Shown here piece after piece: positions 49,542 to 59,082 of a DNA stretch of 64,000 bases. Source of the stretch: an archaeon (GTDB lineage: Archaea; Aenigmatarchaeota; Aenigmatarchaeia; GW2011-AR5); NCBI GenBank assembly GCA_028279825.1, contig JANQNA010000008.1, positions 35,173 through 99,172 on the forward strand, written 5' to 3'. The notes under the pieces are model-generated. The model ran no database searches, was not told the origin of the DNA, and saw only the letters and a program-made list of their open reading frames with translations. Positions within the stretch are counted from its first letter, which is position 1. Each line of letters starts with the position of its first letter. The position numbers and the translations under genes are program-made.

Positions 49542-50960
49542 CTATTTAGAAATTGACAGGTAGGCATTGTCTGCATATACTTCGTCTACGTTACAGTCAC
49601 AGCAGTCACCTGCATCTACCTGGAACGTGACTGATTTTGTGGCCACTGGCGTTAACCATGTTTCTTTGACTTCGACCCAGCCAGTACCTTTAGAACCGGC
49701 CCAATTGCCTATCTTTTCGTCTATTATCTGATCCTGGGAATCATAGGCAGTCAGATGCAATCTTGCATCATTAGCTAAACACGTTTCTCCGGGCAGCTGC
49801 GCGCAGGAATTACAGCTGTTGCCGGAAACTTTCAGGAATGCTGACGCTTCTGCCACATATGCACCGGAAAACGTGAATTTCCTGTTCTGAAGCATCATCG
49901 TGTTCGGATAAACACCGCTTGAGAACTTGGTACACATATTTGGAGAGTAACAGGTGGCGCCATAATTGTCTATGTTGGCCCCGCCAACTTCAACCCAGCC
50001 CTCCTGGAGCTGAACGGCAATCTGGGTGAATATTGACATCAGCTCCTCACTTGTAGGAGAAAAGTAATAATTACCTCCGGTAAGATTTGCTATAAGCATT
50101 AACTGCGGCTCGTCCACGTCATCACCAAGGCCAATTGCGTATATGGTTACATTCTGGGCTGCTGCTTCAGCTGCACGGCCTTCAGGGTCTGAATTCCTTG
50201 TTTCTCTCCCGTCTGTAAGCAAAACCTGGATTTTCTTGTCCAGACCATAAACAGCAAGTTCGTTTGTTGCCGTATATATGCCGTCTCCGATTGCCGTCCA
50301 GCCACGCGCTGAGAGATCGTCTATCTCGTCTTTTACAGCTTGTTTATCTATAGTTAACTGCTGGTCTAATCTTGCGCTGGTTGAGAAGCTAACAAGTCCT
50401 ACTTCATCCAGATCATCAGTTATGTCAACAAAAGACGTTGCAGCATCCTTTGCATCCTCCATTTTGTTGTCGTTTCTCATGCTGCCTGACCGATCAAGAA
50501 CAAGGAAGATACTTATTGGTTCGTGCAATGTCTCCCCAAATAGCGGTTCTGTGATGATATTGGACTTCTTCACGTTTATTTTGCTCACGGCCTTGGATCC
50601 CGGGATAGAAAGACGAAAATCATATGTCCCTGCGGCCAAAAATCCTCCCGACAGATTCAATTCGCTTACCTTGTTCTTTTCCAGGTCCACAGGATTTATC
50701 TCTATGTATTTGCCGTCAACGTACAACACCAGAGTATCATTAGGTATCATATTGCCAAGATTCCTGACAAACACCTTTTCGCTGTTTGCATTGTCAATTG
50801 TGACGGATGTCGACTGCCCCACAAAGGCTTCGGCTTCCTCTTCAACAATCTCCGTAGAAGTGTCCCCTATACCCTGAAAAGCAACGTAAGCAAGCAACAT
50901 ACTCACTGCTACTATAAGTAACAACATGACTGTAGCAATAGTTGCTGATATTCCCTTCAC
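49542..50960 (-). CDS. class III signal peptide (pilin-like) protein with vWA domain
   Basis: KGISATIATVMLLLI prepilin-type N-terminus; MIDAS DRSGSM, T.IGDGI, LLTDG. Confidence 0.82.
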   Translation of the reverse strand: MKGISATIATVMLLLIVAVSMLLAYVAFQGIGDTSTEIVEEEAEAFVGQSTSVTIDNANSEKVFVRNLGNMIPNDTLVLYVDGKYIEINPVDLEKNKVSELNLSGGFLAAGTYDFRLSIPGSKAVSKINVKKSNIITEPLFGETLHEPISIFLVLDRSGSMRNDNKMEDAKDAATSFVDITDDLDEVGLVSFSTSARLDQQLTIDKQAVKDEIDDLSARGWTAIGDGIYTATNELAVYGLDKKIQVLLTDGRETRNSDPEGRAAEAAAQNVTIYAIGLGDDVDEPQLMLIANLTGGNYYFSPTSEELMSIFTQIAVQLQEGWVEVGGANIDNYGATCYSPNMCTKFSSGVYPNTMMLQNRKFTFSGAYVAEASAFLKVSGNSCNSCAQLPGETCLANDARLHLTAYDSQDQIIDEKIGNWAGSKGTGWVEVKETWLTPVATKSVTFQVDAGDCCDCNVDEVYADNAYLSISK

Positions 50961-51142
50961 AATAATTATTTGTCAACGGGTCATATTAAAGTTCTGCTAA
51001 ACGTATTTTTCGATCTACAGAAAAACAGTCCAAAAACTGTAACTACTGTAAAGTGAGGGCAAACAGAAAGGTATTTAAGGTTATGCTCTGATCGGAATGT
51101 TTAAATAGTGGACCGAATGTAAGGAAATTTGGGTGTGACAAA

Positions 51143-51520
51143 ATGAAATCCACAAACGCAGGAGAATGGGCATACCTTGTATCAGTAGTCATTGCAGTTC
51201 TTGCCGGTATCGGCGCTGCTGCTGGCTTCGGAGCATCCAGCTGGGTAGCTGTTTTGCTTGTGATACTCGGTGCAATTGTCGGTCTCTTGAATATATCTGA
51301 GAAAGAAACAACTTCTTTCTTGGTAGCTACAGTAGCTTTGATTGTAGCAAGTCTAGGCGCTACAGTTGCCGGTGACGCAGGAGCATTCTTGCCATTGAAT
51401 GTTATCCCAGGTCTTGGTACACTGATTAACGCTATAGTTGCTAACATCGCAATATTCGCAGCTCCAGCTGCAATAATTGTGGCAGTCAAGGCTATTATGA
51501 ACCTAGCAAGCAGAAAATAA
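51143..51520 (+). CDS. conserved-looking membrane protein
   Basis: GGTG RBS; GAIVGLLNISEKE..FLVA; four TM helices. Confidence 0.75.
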   Translation: MKSTNAGEWAYLVSVVIAVLAGIGAAAGFGASSWVAVLLVILGAIVGLLNISEKETTSFLVATVALIVASLGATVAGDAGAFLPLNVIPGLGTLINAIVANIAIFAAPAAIIVAVKAIMNLASRK

Positions 51521-51575
51521 ACGTAAAGGTTCGACCGACTACTTTTGTTCGATTTTTTTCTTTTCCTCTTCATTT

Positions 51576-52751
51576 TTATTCTTGTAGAAAACGCGTAGCT
51601 ATCGTTGTGTAAATGACTGTTGCCAGGATGACAACGAATACGATATCTGAAAAGATTTGAGCGTTTGGTATTCCATAGGCTACAGGCAGCTGGGCCAATA
51701 CTGCTGATGCCAGTCCTCTGGGAGCCATTGTCTTGATCATGTCTTTTTCCGGCTTTGTAATTCTCAGTTTATAGGTACTCACGTTTACGGCCAATAAGCG
51801 AACCAGGATGATAATAATGGATATTGCCAATCCGTATATAATATACGTAGGATTGATGCTTACAATGATACCCAGGTAAACGAAGAAGAAGGATCTGATA
51901 AAGAAGGATACTTCTCCCTGGAAAGTGCGTAAAACTTTAGTAAATCCAAACCGCATATGCTTCATTTTGAGCATAATTGAGAAGGCCTTTCCGTTGCCCA
52001 GTACCAGGCCAAAGGCCAAAGCGGCTATGGCGCCTGAGCCAGATACAGATTCTACTGACACGTACAGAAGGAACAGAACTGATAATGTCAACATGTAGTC
52101 AAACGGCTTGCCCTTTATTTTCTCTAAAACGAATAACCAGGCTACACCGGCTACAAATCCCGTGACTGCTCCCACGGAAAAGGCTGATATGATCCCCTGA
52201 AGAGGGTTTACAGCCGTGTTCTGTGAAATTATGTTCAATAATACGATTGAGACAACAATGACAATAGGATCCGTGAAAATAGACTCTAAGATAACGATCA
52301 TTTTAGGGTTTTCTCTTACCTTTAATCGACGGGCTATGGAAATTACCACAGCCGAGGAGGTACCTCCTACGATCGTACCCATCAGCAGGCTGTACAGAAT
52401 GGAAAAGTCCATGAAAAAGAACGCAAATCCCGCTACCAGCAACAGAGTAAGCAAAAACCCTACAATGGACATTAGAATACTTCGCGGAAAACTACGGAGC
52501 ATCTTGTAGAAGTCCATGTTCACGCCAGCGTCGAAAAGAATTATTATCAGTGCTAATGCAGCCAGGAACGGTGTTATGGCTAAAAACAGTGAACGATCGA
52601 CCAGGTTGAATACCGGACCTACTAAAATCCCGAAAATCATGAGCCAGAATACGTCTGGTATTCTTGTCTTGTCGAAGAACAGATAACCGATATATCCAAC
52701 AATTATCGTTATACCGAAAAGTACCAGAAGGCTCAAACTGTCAACAGCCAT
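51576..52751 (-). CDS. CPA1/NhaP-type cation:proton antiporter
   Basis: ILFDAG, GTSSAVV, ILESIFTD, PRGLASAVLA. Confidence 0.88.
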   Translation of the reverse strand: MAVDSLSLLVLFGITIIVGYIGYLFFDKTRIPDVFWLMIFGILVGPVFNLVDRSLFLAITPFLAALALIIILFDAGVNMDFYKMLRSFPRSILMSIVGFLLTLLLVAGFAFFFMDFSILYSLLMGTIVGGTSSAVVISIARRLKVRENPKMIVILESIFTDPIVIVVSIVLLNIISQNTAVNPLQGIISAFSVGAVTGFVAGVAWLFVLEKIKGKPFDYMLTLSVLFLLYVSVESVSGSGAIAALAFGLVLGNGKAFSIMLKMKHMRFGFTKVLRTFQGEVSFFIRSFFFVYLGIIVSINPTYIIYGLAISIIIILVRLLAVNVSTYKLRITKPEKDMIKTMAPRGLASAVLAQLPVAYGIPNAQIFSDIVFVVILATVIYTTIATRFLQE

Positions 52752-52868
52752 AGAATTAATATCTCTATACCGTATAAATAGACTATACACAAAATTAGTT
52801 AACTTTTTAAGGAACCATAATAAAGTCTCAAAAGGTGATTGAATGAACCTGTTCATTCAGTCGGTTTT

Positions 52869-52941
52869 GCCACCGTAGCTCAACTGGCAGAGCATTGGTT
52901 TTGTAAACCAAAGGTTGGGGGTTCAACTCCTCCCGGTGGCT
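52869..52941 (+). tRNA. tRNA-Thr(UGU)
   Basis: GCCACCG/CGGTGGC acceptor stem, TTGGT-TTTGTAA-ACCAA anticodon arm, GGTTCAACT T loop. Confidence 0.95.
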
Positions 52942-52971
52942 CTTTTAATTCTTTTCGGTCATAGTGATCCC

Positions 52972-53235
52972 ATGAGTGACTATACAGATACGATTGCCAG
53001 AAACTGGTTTGAACAAATGAACGGCGGTCATCCTGAGCTAAAGGAAAAGGGATACCGGTTCTGGACGAATACAGATGCTGATTCCAGCGACGAAGCAGCA
53101 TTGCAAGATGTGGCAAGCAGATACGCAAAACATGGTGAAGTTTTGATTAGATTCCCTGCAAGATACCCTGGGCCTGACGGGTCTACCAGAGAAAATGAAA
53201 GAATGGTAGGAGTATTTGTAAGACCTAGGGAATAG
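52972..53235 (+). CDS. hypothetical protein
   Basis: ORF directly after the tRNA. Confidence 0.5.
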   Translation: MSDYTDTIARNWFEQMNGGHPELKEKGYRFWTNTDADSSDEAALQDVASRYAKHGEVLIRFPARYPGPDGSTRENERMVGVFVRPRE

Positions 53236-53245
53236 GTGTGAGCCA

Positions 53246-53614
53246 ATGAGATATAAAACTCAACGGTTTGAAATTGATAATACCTTTTTGGAAAACGAAT
53301 ACGCCACAAAAAAAAGTCCCACTGATGGTTTCAACGATGGACCCCATACATTATTTGTAGGTTCTGATCCTTCTGATTCTATACAAACTCCTGTTGTTTT
53401 TTATCAAAAAGTCATAAAAGTTGGTTTCCGTGATACTAACTATGAAATTCGTGGTACCGTTAAAGTACTTGGCGTACATCTTGGTCATAGATTTAATCCT
53501 GACACCGGCTGGGATGAAATAGAGGCAGGCAGGATATTTGATCATGCCACTAGAAGAGAAGTTGTCACAAAACTAAGAGAAATGGGATACAAAGGCGGTA
53601 TAGAGTTCTTGTAG
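53246..53614 (+). CDS. hypothetical protein
   Basis: 122 aa; AGGTG RBS. Confidence 0.5.
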   Translation: MRYKTQRFEIDNTFLENEYATKKSPTDGFNDGPHTLFVGSDPSDSIQTPVVFYQKVIKVGFRDTNYEIRGTVKVLGVHLGHRFNPDTGWDEIEAGRIFDHATRREVVTKLREMGYKGGIEFL

Positions 53615-53656
53615 CGGTTTTCTTCTTTTAAATAAAGGCCCGGTGGAATTAAACAT

Positions 53657-53818
53657 ATGGCAGAGAAACTTTCTGAACTGGTTCCAAGTGTCATTGCTCT
53701 TGCAATGGGGGTAGTTGGAATCGTGTTGGCAGTAATTGGTCAACCTGCTGATGCTATTGTCCCGCTTTTGGCTATAGGCCTTTTGGTACTTGGTTTTGCT
53801 GGTTTGAATAAAAGCTAA
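53657..53818 (+). CDS. 53-aa two-TM microprotein
   Basis: MAEKLSELVPSVIALAMGVVGIVLAVIG...; TTTAAATA box about 25 nt upstream. Confidence 0.6.
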   Translation: MAEKLSELVPSVIALAMGVVGIVLAVIGQPADAIVPLLAIGLLVLGFAGLNKS

Positions 53819-53851
53819 TTGGTTTTTTACTGTTTCTGACCAAGTAGATAC

Positions 53852-54001
53852 ATGGAAAGAGAGGAAATGGTCAAGCAGGTTAAAGAACTGGAAGAATACA
53901 TCAGCTGTTTTTATGCTGAATCTCCAGAAGATGAGGAAGTATTGAAACGTCTGAAAGACAAGATCCATGTCATGAAATGGGCTATTCATGGACGATACTA
54001 G
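53852..54001 (+). CDS. 49-aa hypothetical microprotein
   Basis: MEREEMVKQVKELEEYISCF...; TATA-like box upstream. Confidence 0.45.
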   Translation: MEREEMVKQVKELEEYISCFYAESPEDEEVLKRLKDKIHVMKWAIHGRY

Positions 54002-54063
54002 TCACTACTAGCTAGTTATAAATATACTATACCTTTATATACTCCAGAAATCTTAGTATATTC

Positions 54064-54432
54064 ATGGGAAATGAGAAACCAACATCATATCTTAAAGTGA
54101 AAGAAGACCACCCAGACGCACATTTACTCAAAGGTCCGTTCAATGCTGAATTCAATGCTGAACTAACCGGTCCTAGATATTGCCAACATTTGGCTAGACC
54201 TGATTCAGAACGTCTTGGTAAACCAAGGACAAGGCACGGTCGCGGTGATATTGTTGTGGAAGGCCTTTCTAGATATGGAGCTGAAATGGTTTTTGGTGCA
54301 GTTGGGTCTGCTGATACAGAACTTGAAGTTATGAATGCAGTATATGAACTAGATTTTCTATCTCCGCGTAAAATACCATCAGATACAGCAAGGGCAAATG
54401 CGATAGCAGCGGCAAGACGTCAAAGTGCTTAA
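54064..54432 (+). CDS. hypothetical protein
   Basis: 122-aa ORF. Confidence 0.5.
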   Translation: MGNEKPTSYLKVKEDHPDAHLLKGPFNAEFNAELTGPRYCQHLARPDSERLGKPRTRHGRGDIVVEGLSRYGAEMVFGAVGSADTELEVMNAVYELDFLSPRKIPSDTARANAIAAARRQSA

Positions 54433-54482
54433 TTTTGCGACTTCAACATTAGTTTTTTAAGGACAGTGTAGGTTAGATTCTT

Positions 54483-54764
54483 ATGGATAAAGAGAAAGTC
54501 ATAGAGGCGTTGAAGCAGGTAAATGATCCCGAAATAGACCTGAACGTATGGTTTTTGGGTCTCATATATGATATAGATATAGACGGCAATAACGTAAAGA
54601 TAAAGATGACATTTACGACCCCCTACTGTCCATATGGACCCGCTCTTGTGGCGGACGTAGAGAAAAAGGTAAAGGAGGCAGGGGCTGAGAAAGTGGAAGT
54701 AGAGGTTGTTCTTGAGCCTAAATGGGAGCCTAATGAAGAAGTAAAGATGGCTTTGGGTGTTTAG
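54483..54764 (+). CDS. DUF59/SufT/MIP18 Fe-S assembly factor
   Basis: V.DPEI..NV..LGLIY, MTFTTPYCP, EPKW. Confidence 0.9.
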   Translation: MDKEKVIEALKQVNDPEIDLNVWFLGLIYDIDIDGNNVKIKMTFTTPYCPYGPALVADVEKKVKEAGAEKVEVEVVLEPKWEPNEEVKMALGV

Positions 54765-55154
54765 ATGATCATACCTGCTCTGTTATCGCTGGCTCTGACG
54801 ACGCCTACAGAAGTTTATTGTGAAAAGGGAGAAAAGGAATACCTTGCAATGATCGTTGACGATTCAAAGGTAGGTTATGTCGCCAGACTTAAATGTGTGG
54901 CTGATGGCGACGTTGTCATAAACACGAGGGACGTGCCGGACAAAAGATATAAGCTTGACATGGATCTTGGTGAATTATTTGAGGAGGGTGAAGAATGCTC
55001 TGCCGGACATCTTCACAGAGACCCGCCGGAAGGACATCCTGCAGGTACTGTTTATTGGAGAGAGGGTAGATACAAAAAAGACGTCAATTCCGGGATGGAA
55101 CTGATCAAGGATTCCTTTGAAGCATGCAGGGAAGCAGAAAATCCCGGAACTTAG
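54765..55154 (+). CDS. secreted hypothetical protein
   Basis: Short signal-like N-terminus. Confidence 0.45.
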   Translation: MIIPALLSLALTTPTEVYCEKGEKEYLAMIVDDSKVGYVARLKCVADGDVVINTRDVPDKRYKLDMDLGELFEEGEECSAGHLHRDPPEGHPAGTVYWREGRYKKDVNSGMELIKDSFEACREAENPGT

Positions 55155-55184
55155 CTTTTTATGCTTAATAATAAAGTGGTAAAG

Positions 55185-55625
55185 ATGGATTGTTTGTTTT
55201 GTAAAATCGTGAAGGGTGAAATGCCTGCTAAGAAAGTATACGAGGACGATTCAGTTATAGCATTTCTGGATATTAATCCGGCAAACCCTGGACATACGCT
55301 GGTTGTACCTAAAAAACACACAGAAACCATAGCTGATATTGAAGATTCTGATTTAGAAAAAGTAATTGTGGTTGTCAAGAATATTGCAAAAAAACTCAAG
55401 GACGAGCTTGACACAGCGGGACTGAATATTGTACAGAATAACGGAAAACTGGCCGGTCAATTAGTGAGTCATATTCATTTTCACGTAATTCCGCGCTTTG
55501 CCGGAGACCAGGTAATCATAACCTACCAGAGAGCGCAGGTTGATGAAAATAAAATGGAAGAGATCAGAAAGAAACTAACAGAAGAGGCTGCACCTGCTCC
55601 AAAGGATCTTGACCTCGATTTCTAG
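55185..55625 (+). CDS. HIT family hydrolase
   Basis: CLFCKI, FLDINP..PGHTLVVPK, HIHFHVIPR. Confidence 0.95.
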   Translation: MDCLFCKIVKGEMPAKKVYEDDSVIAFLDINPANPGHTLVVPKKHTETIADIEDSDLEKVIVVVKNIAKKLKDELDTAGLNIVQNNGKLAGQLVSHIHFHVIPRFAGDQVIITYQRAQVDENKMEEIRKKLTEEAAPAPKDLDLDF

Positions 55626-55918
55626 ATCATCAGAAACATGAAATACAGGACCATCAGAAAGTCCACAATTGTTATGGCTGTTATTGCTGTGCGGATGGCT
55701 CCCTCGGATCCCCAGAGAAAAGTGAATCTGGATACGTTTGCGTAAAGAGCAAACAGTATCAGAGGAAGAAACAGCAATATACCTATCACGTAGAATTCAA
55801 AGTAGCCAAAACCAAACGTGAAAGCCGGGACGAAGAAGTATGAAAATCCGGCCAGAAGTATGATTATGTACAGCACGGCTGTCACAAGAAAATAATCCGG
55901 GTATTTCTCCCTGTTCAT
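55622..55918 (-). CDS. small membrane protein
   Basis: Three hydrophobic helices. Confidence 0.55.
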   Translation of the reverse strand: MNREKYPDYFLVTAVLYIIILLAGFSYFFVPAFTFGFGYFEFYVIGILLFLPLILFALYANVSRFTFLWGSEGAIRTAITAITIVDFLMVLYFMFLMI

Positions 55919-55970
55919 AAAAGAATTATGTTGCAGGTCATATTTATACTACGATGACTAAAACGTATTC

Positions 55971-56345
55971 ATGGAGAGGAGATACATCCTGCTTGCAATA
56001 GCAATAGTGGTTATAATACTCTTTTTGATTGGCGGGTCATATTCAGACAACTGCGCGAGCATTGGTGGATGCAGATCCTGCTGGAGTTCGAACGCTGTTG
56101 TGGTTGAATCTGATTTATGTACGGAAACAGGAAGATGTTTGGCTGAGCCTTCGGCACAGCAGACAAATGCCATATCAGATGTTATACTTTGCGCGTGTGA
56201 AGACGCGAAAATCGTGAGCTACGCTGATGCTTCGCTTAACCGGCAAATCCAGGACTTTGTCGCTTTCTACACCCCTTACAACATAACAGCCGGGGAAATA
56301 TGCGAGCAGCCTGGTTTATTTCTGGCAAAAACAGCCTACGAGTAA
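55971..56345 (+). CDS. exported Cys-rich hypothetical protein
   Basis: N-terminal TM helix, multiple Cys. Confidence 0.6.
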   Translation: MERRYILLAIAIVVIILFLIGGSYSDNCASIGGCRSCWSSNAVVVESDLCTETGRCLAEPSAQQTNAISDVILCACEDAKIVSYADASLNRQIQDFVAFYTPYNITAGEICEQPGLFLAKTAYE

Positions 56346-56496
56346 TTATAAACACAAACCACTATATGGTGATGATATTCTGTAGATTGTGCTATACAGA
56401 TGAATACCATAATACAACTATCCGAAAATAGCGGTATTCATCAAGTATAAATGGTTTGCCACCATATAATTATAATTGTAGACTTTCCATTTCCAG

Positions 56497-56724
56497 GTGG
56501 TTGAAATGGAAGACAAAAAGTTTTCTGAATTGATAAGAGCCGTGAAGGCCCTCAAGGCTATGAATCCGACTGAACTTGATATCAGCCAGATTGTGAAATC
56601 TTTTACACAGGATGATAACCTGTCAGTAGACCAGAGACTGATGCTGGAAAGTGAATTAAAGAAAAAGGTCAAGTCATCCACGGAAGTTTCTAAAACGTAT
56701 TACGATGCAACAGATTACTTCTGA
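56497..56724 (+). CDS. hypothetical protein
   Basis: About 72-75 aa; start uncertain. Confidence 0.55.
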   Translation: MVEMEDKKFSELIRAVKALKAMNPTELDISQIVKSFTQDDNLSVDQRLMLESELKKKVKSSTEVSKTYYDATDYF

Positions 56725-56783
56725 AGTGTAATGTACATGTAACGTTCAAAATTTTTATAAACTTTTCATATATACAACACACT

Positions 56784-57104
56784 ATGGGACACATGAATTC
56801 TGACAGTGATTTTGCAGCAAGTGGAAAGGTACTTTCAGTATCTCGTGGGAGATATGGAGAGCCACCTATCGGTGAATCAGATATGATTACACTGGTTATT
56901 GAAACTGGAGAAGGCAATTACACGGCTGATTTTCCAGTCCGTACACGAACTGATCTTGAATTATTGCCATATCAATCAGCCCTGGTTGGGACTGAAGTTG
57001 GATACTCCAAAAGATTTGAAGGACCGGACCTGCTTGAACAATGGGAACTCAAAATTTTATCAGGTCCTTTAGAGGGAAACTCTTTCAGAGGTACAAGAGC
57101 TTGA
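56784..57104 (+). CDS. hypothetical protein
   Basis: 106-aa ORF with TTTATAAA box upstream. Confidence 0.5.
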   Translation: MGHMNSDSDFAASGKVLSVSRGRYGEPPIGESDMITLVIETGEGNYTADFPVRTRTDLELLPYQSALVGTEVGYSKRFEGPDLLEQWELKILSGPLEGNSFRGTRA

Positions 57105-57296
57105 ACCATAATCTACTTCTAACCTACCTTATCCTACGGAAAAATGAAAGAAAAAACAAAAACTTAACATGTAGGTAAAAAATTTCTGAAAATTTTTTAA
57201 CCACGTGTATGGCAACGTATCAGAATGCTTATATAGTGGTTAAAAACCTAAAACAGTTACCAAAAAAATACTTTCAAAAAATATGGAGGAATTCAA

Positions 57297-58337
57297 ATGA
57301 CCGACATGAACGACGACGTGGCTAACTTTCACGTAGAACAGGCAAGAATTGTAGTCGTCGGTGCTGGAGGAGGCGGAGGTAACACCATTGACCGACTTAC
57401 ACAAGTAGGTATCACTGGTGCTACAACCATTGCTGCTAACACTGATGCAAAACACTTGGCAGTCACAAAGGCTGACAAGAGAATTCTACTAGGAAGGGAG
57501 CTTACGCGAGGAATGGGTGCAGGTGGATTTCCAGAAGTTGGAAAAAAATCTGCCGAAGAATCCAAGAACGACATACGAGAATCACTCCAGGGTTGCGATC
57601 TGCTTTTCCTTACGTGCGGACTTGGCGGAGGTACAGGTACAGGAGCAGCTCCTGTCATTGCATACCTTGCCAAAGAAATGGGTGCAATTGTAATAGCTGC
57701 AGTTACACTACCTTTCAAGATTGAGGGTGCGAGACTCAACAAAGCAGAGGAGGGTCTTGCGAAATTACGAGAGGTTTGCGACACAGTAATTGTGATTGAA
57801 AACCAGAAGCTCGTAGAACTAGCAGGAAATCGGCCGCTTAAGGAAGCGTTCGGTATAGCTGACGGCCTGATATCAACAATGATAAAGGGCATTACAGAGA
57901 CAATTTCACAACCGTCTCTTGTAAACCTTGACTATGCTGACGTAAGAACCATAATGAGAGCGGGCGGCGTAGCAACTATCGGTGTTGGTGAAAGTGACTC
58001 ACAAAACAGGGCTAGAGAAGCAGTAACAAAGGCTTTATCCCATCCATTACTAGACGTTGACTACTCTGGTGCATCCGGAGCGCTTATACAGATAATAGGC
58101 GGCGAGGATATGAAGCTGGAGGAAATCAGCACAATAGGCGAGACTATATCTCAACATATGGATCCAGAAGCTCTGGTAATGTGGGGAGCTCGAATATTAC
58201 CTGAATACTCCGGGAAGATCCAGGTAATAAGCATCATCACAGGTGTGAAATCGCCATACATCCTTGGAAAAACAGCAGCAAGAGCTGCAGCAAAGAACAA
58301 GGTGGCCAATGAACTCGGAATCGAGGTCATTGTCTAA
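57297..58337 (+). CDS. ftsZ: cell division protein FtsZ
   Basis: VVGAGGGGGN, ANTDAKHL, GLGGGTGTG, NLDYADV. Confidence 0.97.
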   Translation: MTDMNDDVANFHVEQARIVVVGAGGGGGNTIDRLTQVGITGATTIAANTDAKHLAVTKADKRILLGRELTRGMGAGGFPEVGKKSAEESKNDIRESLQGCDLLFLTCGLGGGTGTGAAPVIAYLAKEMGAIVIAAVTLPFKIEGARLNKAEEGLAKLREVCDTVIVIENQKLVELAGNRPLKEAFGIADGLISTMIKGITETISQPSLVNLDYADVRTIMRAGGVATIGVGESDSQNRAREAVTKALSHPLLDVDYSGASGALIQIIGGEDMKLEEISTIGETISQHMDPEALVMWGARILPEYSGKIQVISIITGVKSPYILGKTAARAAAKNKVANELGIEVIV

Positions 58338-58344
58338 ACAGTCC

Positions 58345-58855
58345 TATGATGCATCAAAGATGCATCAACGGATTAACAATTAATAAGGTCCGTTCAGCGA
58401 AATCGGGACGGACTTTATTATCATAGTTACCAGGAAACGCTTGGTGCCTAGAGCCTGAGTGTAACCTGCTAATATGGCTCCGGGCTTTGGTTTTGGGGCC
58501 ATCATAGTTATAAGCTAGCGAAATCCCTGACGGGGTCTAGGAGAGCATTTGTCAGACTCTTCGGACGGGCTATAACCAAGCAAGCGGTGATGTAAGGACG
58601 TTGAGGCACGACAAACAGAACAAGAGGCGCAAAATTATCGTTTCGGCGATTATTTTTTTGCTCGTTTTGTTTGCCAATAGTACCATAACTCCAATGATAC
58701 ATTGTTTGCTGCTTGACGGATTGGATAGCAGATACTAATCCTGTTTTATATAGGAAACGGGAGGATCGTACACGCTAGAGGCGTTACCGGCATATCTGCT
58801 ACACCAACTTCCACATCAGAAATCATCAGCAGTCCCGCCAGTTCAGCGGGATTGT
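58345..58855 (+). ncRNA. candidate large structured RNA of unknown family
   Basis: About 510 nt with no credible ORF; a series of long stems with G-U pairs on +; UUCG loop; multibranch junction. Confidence 0.55.
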
Positions 58856-58874
58856 TTATAATCAAGTGATCAAT

Positions 58875-59057
58875 ATGCGATTGGTAAAGGTAAAGAGAAA
58901 CCAGCAGGAAAAGACGATAGGCAATTTACGATTAGTTTTCAGTGTGCTCAACGTCTGCGAGGCTACCAAGGAAAACGAATGTACTACGCTTGATTTCTAC
59001 CAGATATTCAATGTAACGGAAGTCTGGGATCTGGAAGCTGTAGAAGTCGAAGAATAA
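58875..59057 (+). CDS. 60-aa hypothetical protein
   Basis: GTGA RBS-like sequence before ATG; follows the structured region. Confidence 0.45.
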   Translation: MRLVKVKRNQQEKTIGNLRLVFSVLNVCEATKENECTTLDFYQIFNVTEVWDLEAVEVEE

Positions 59058-59082
59058 AAGGCTGATTATTCATAATATTTCT

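Noticed and set aside
52933-53646. CCCGGTGG repeat as attL/attR of a tRNA-Thr island
   Set aside because: Only 8 bp, and no integrase nearby; compatible with chance.
58345-58855. SRP RNA, RNase P RNA, group I/II intron or hammerhead identity for the structured region
   Set aside because: TGTAACC resembles the SRP Alu motif but no helix-8 CAGG-GNRA-AGCA was found; no GAGGAAAGUCC/P4 pair, P7, domain V or CUGANGA-GAAA core could be assembled by eye.
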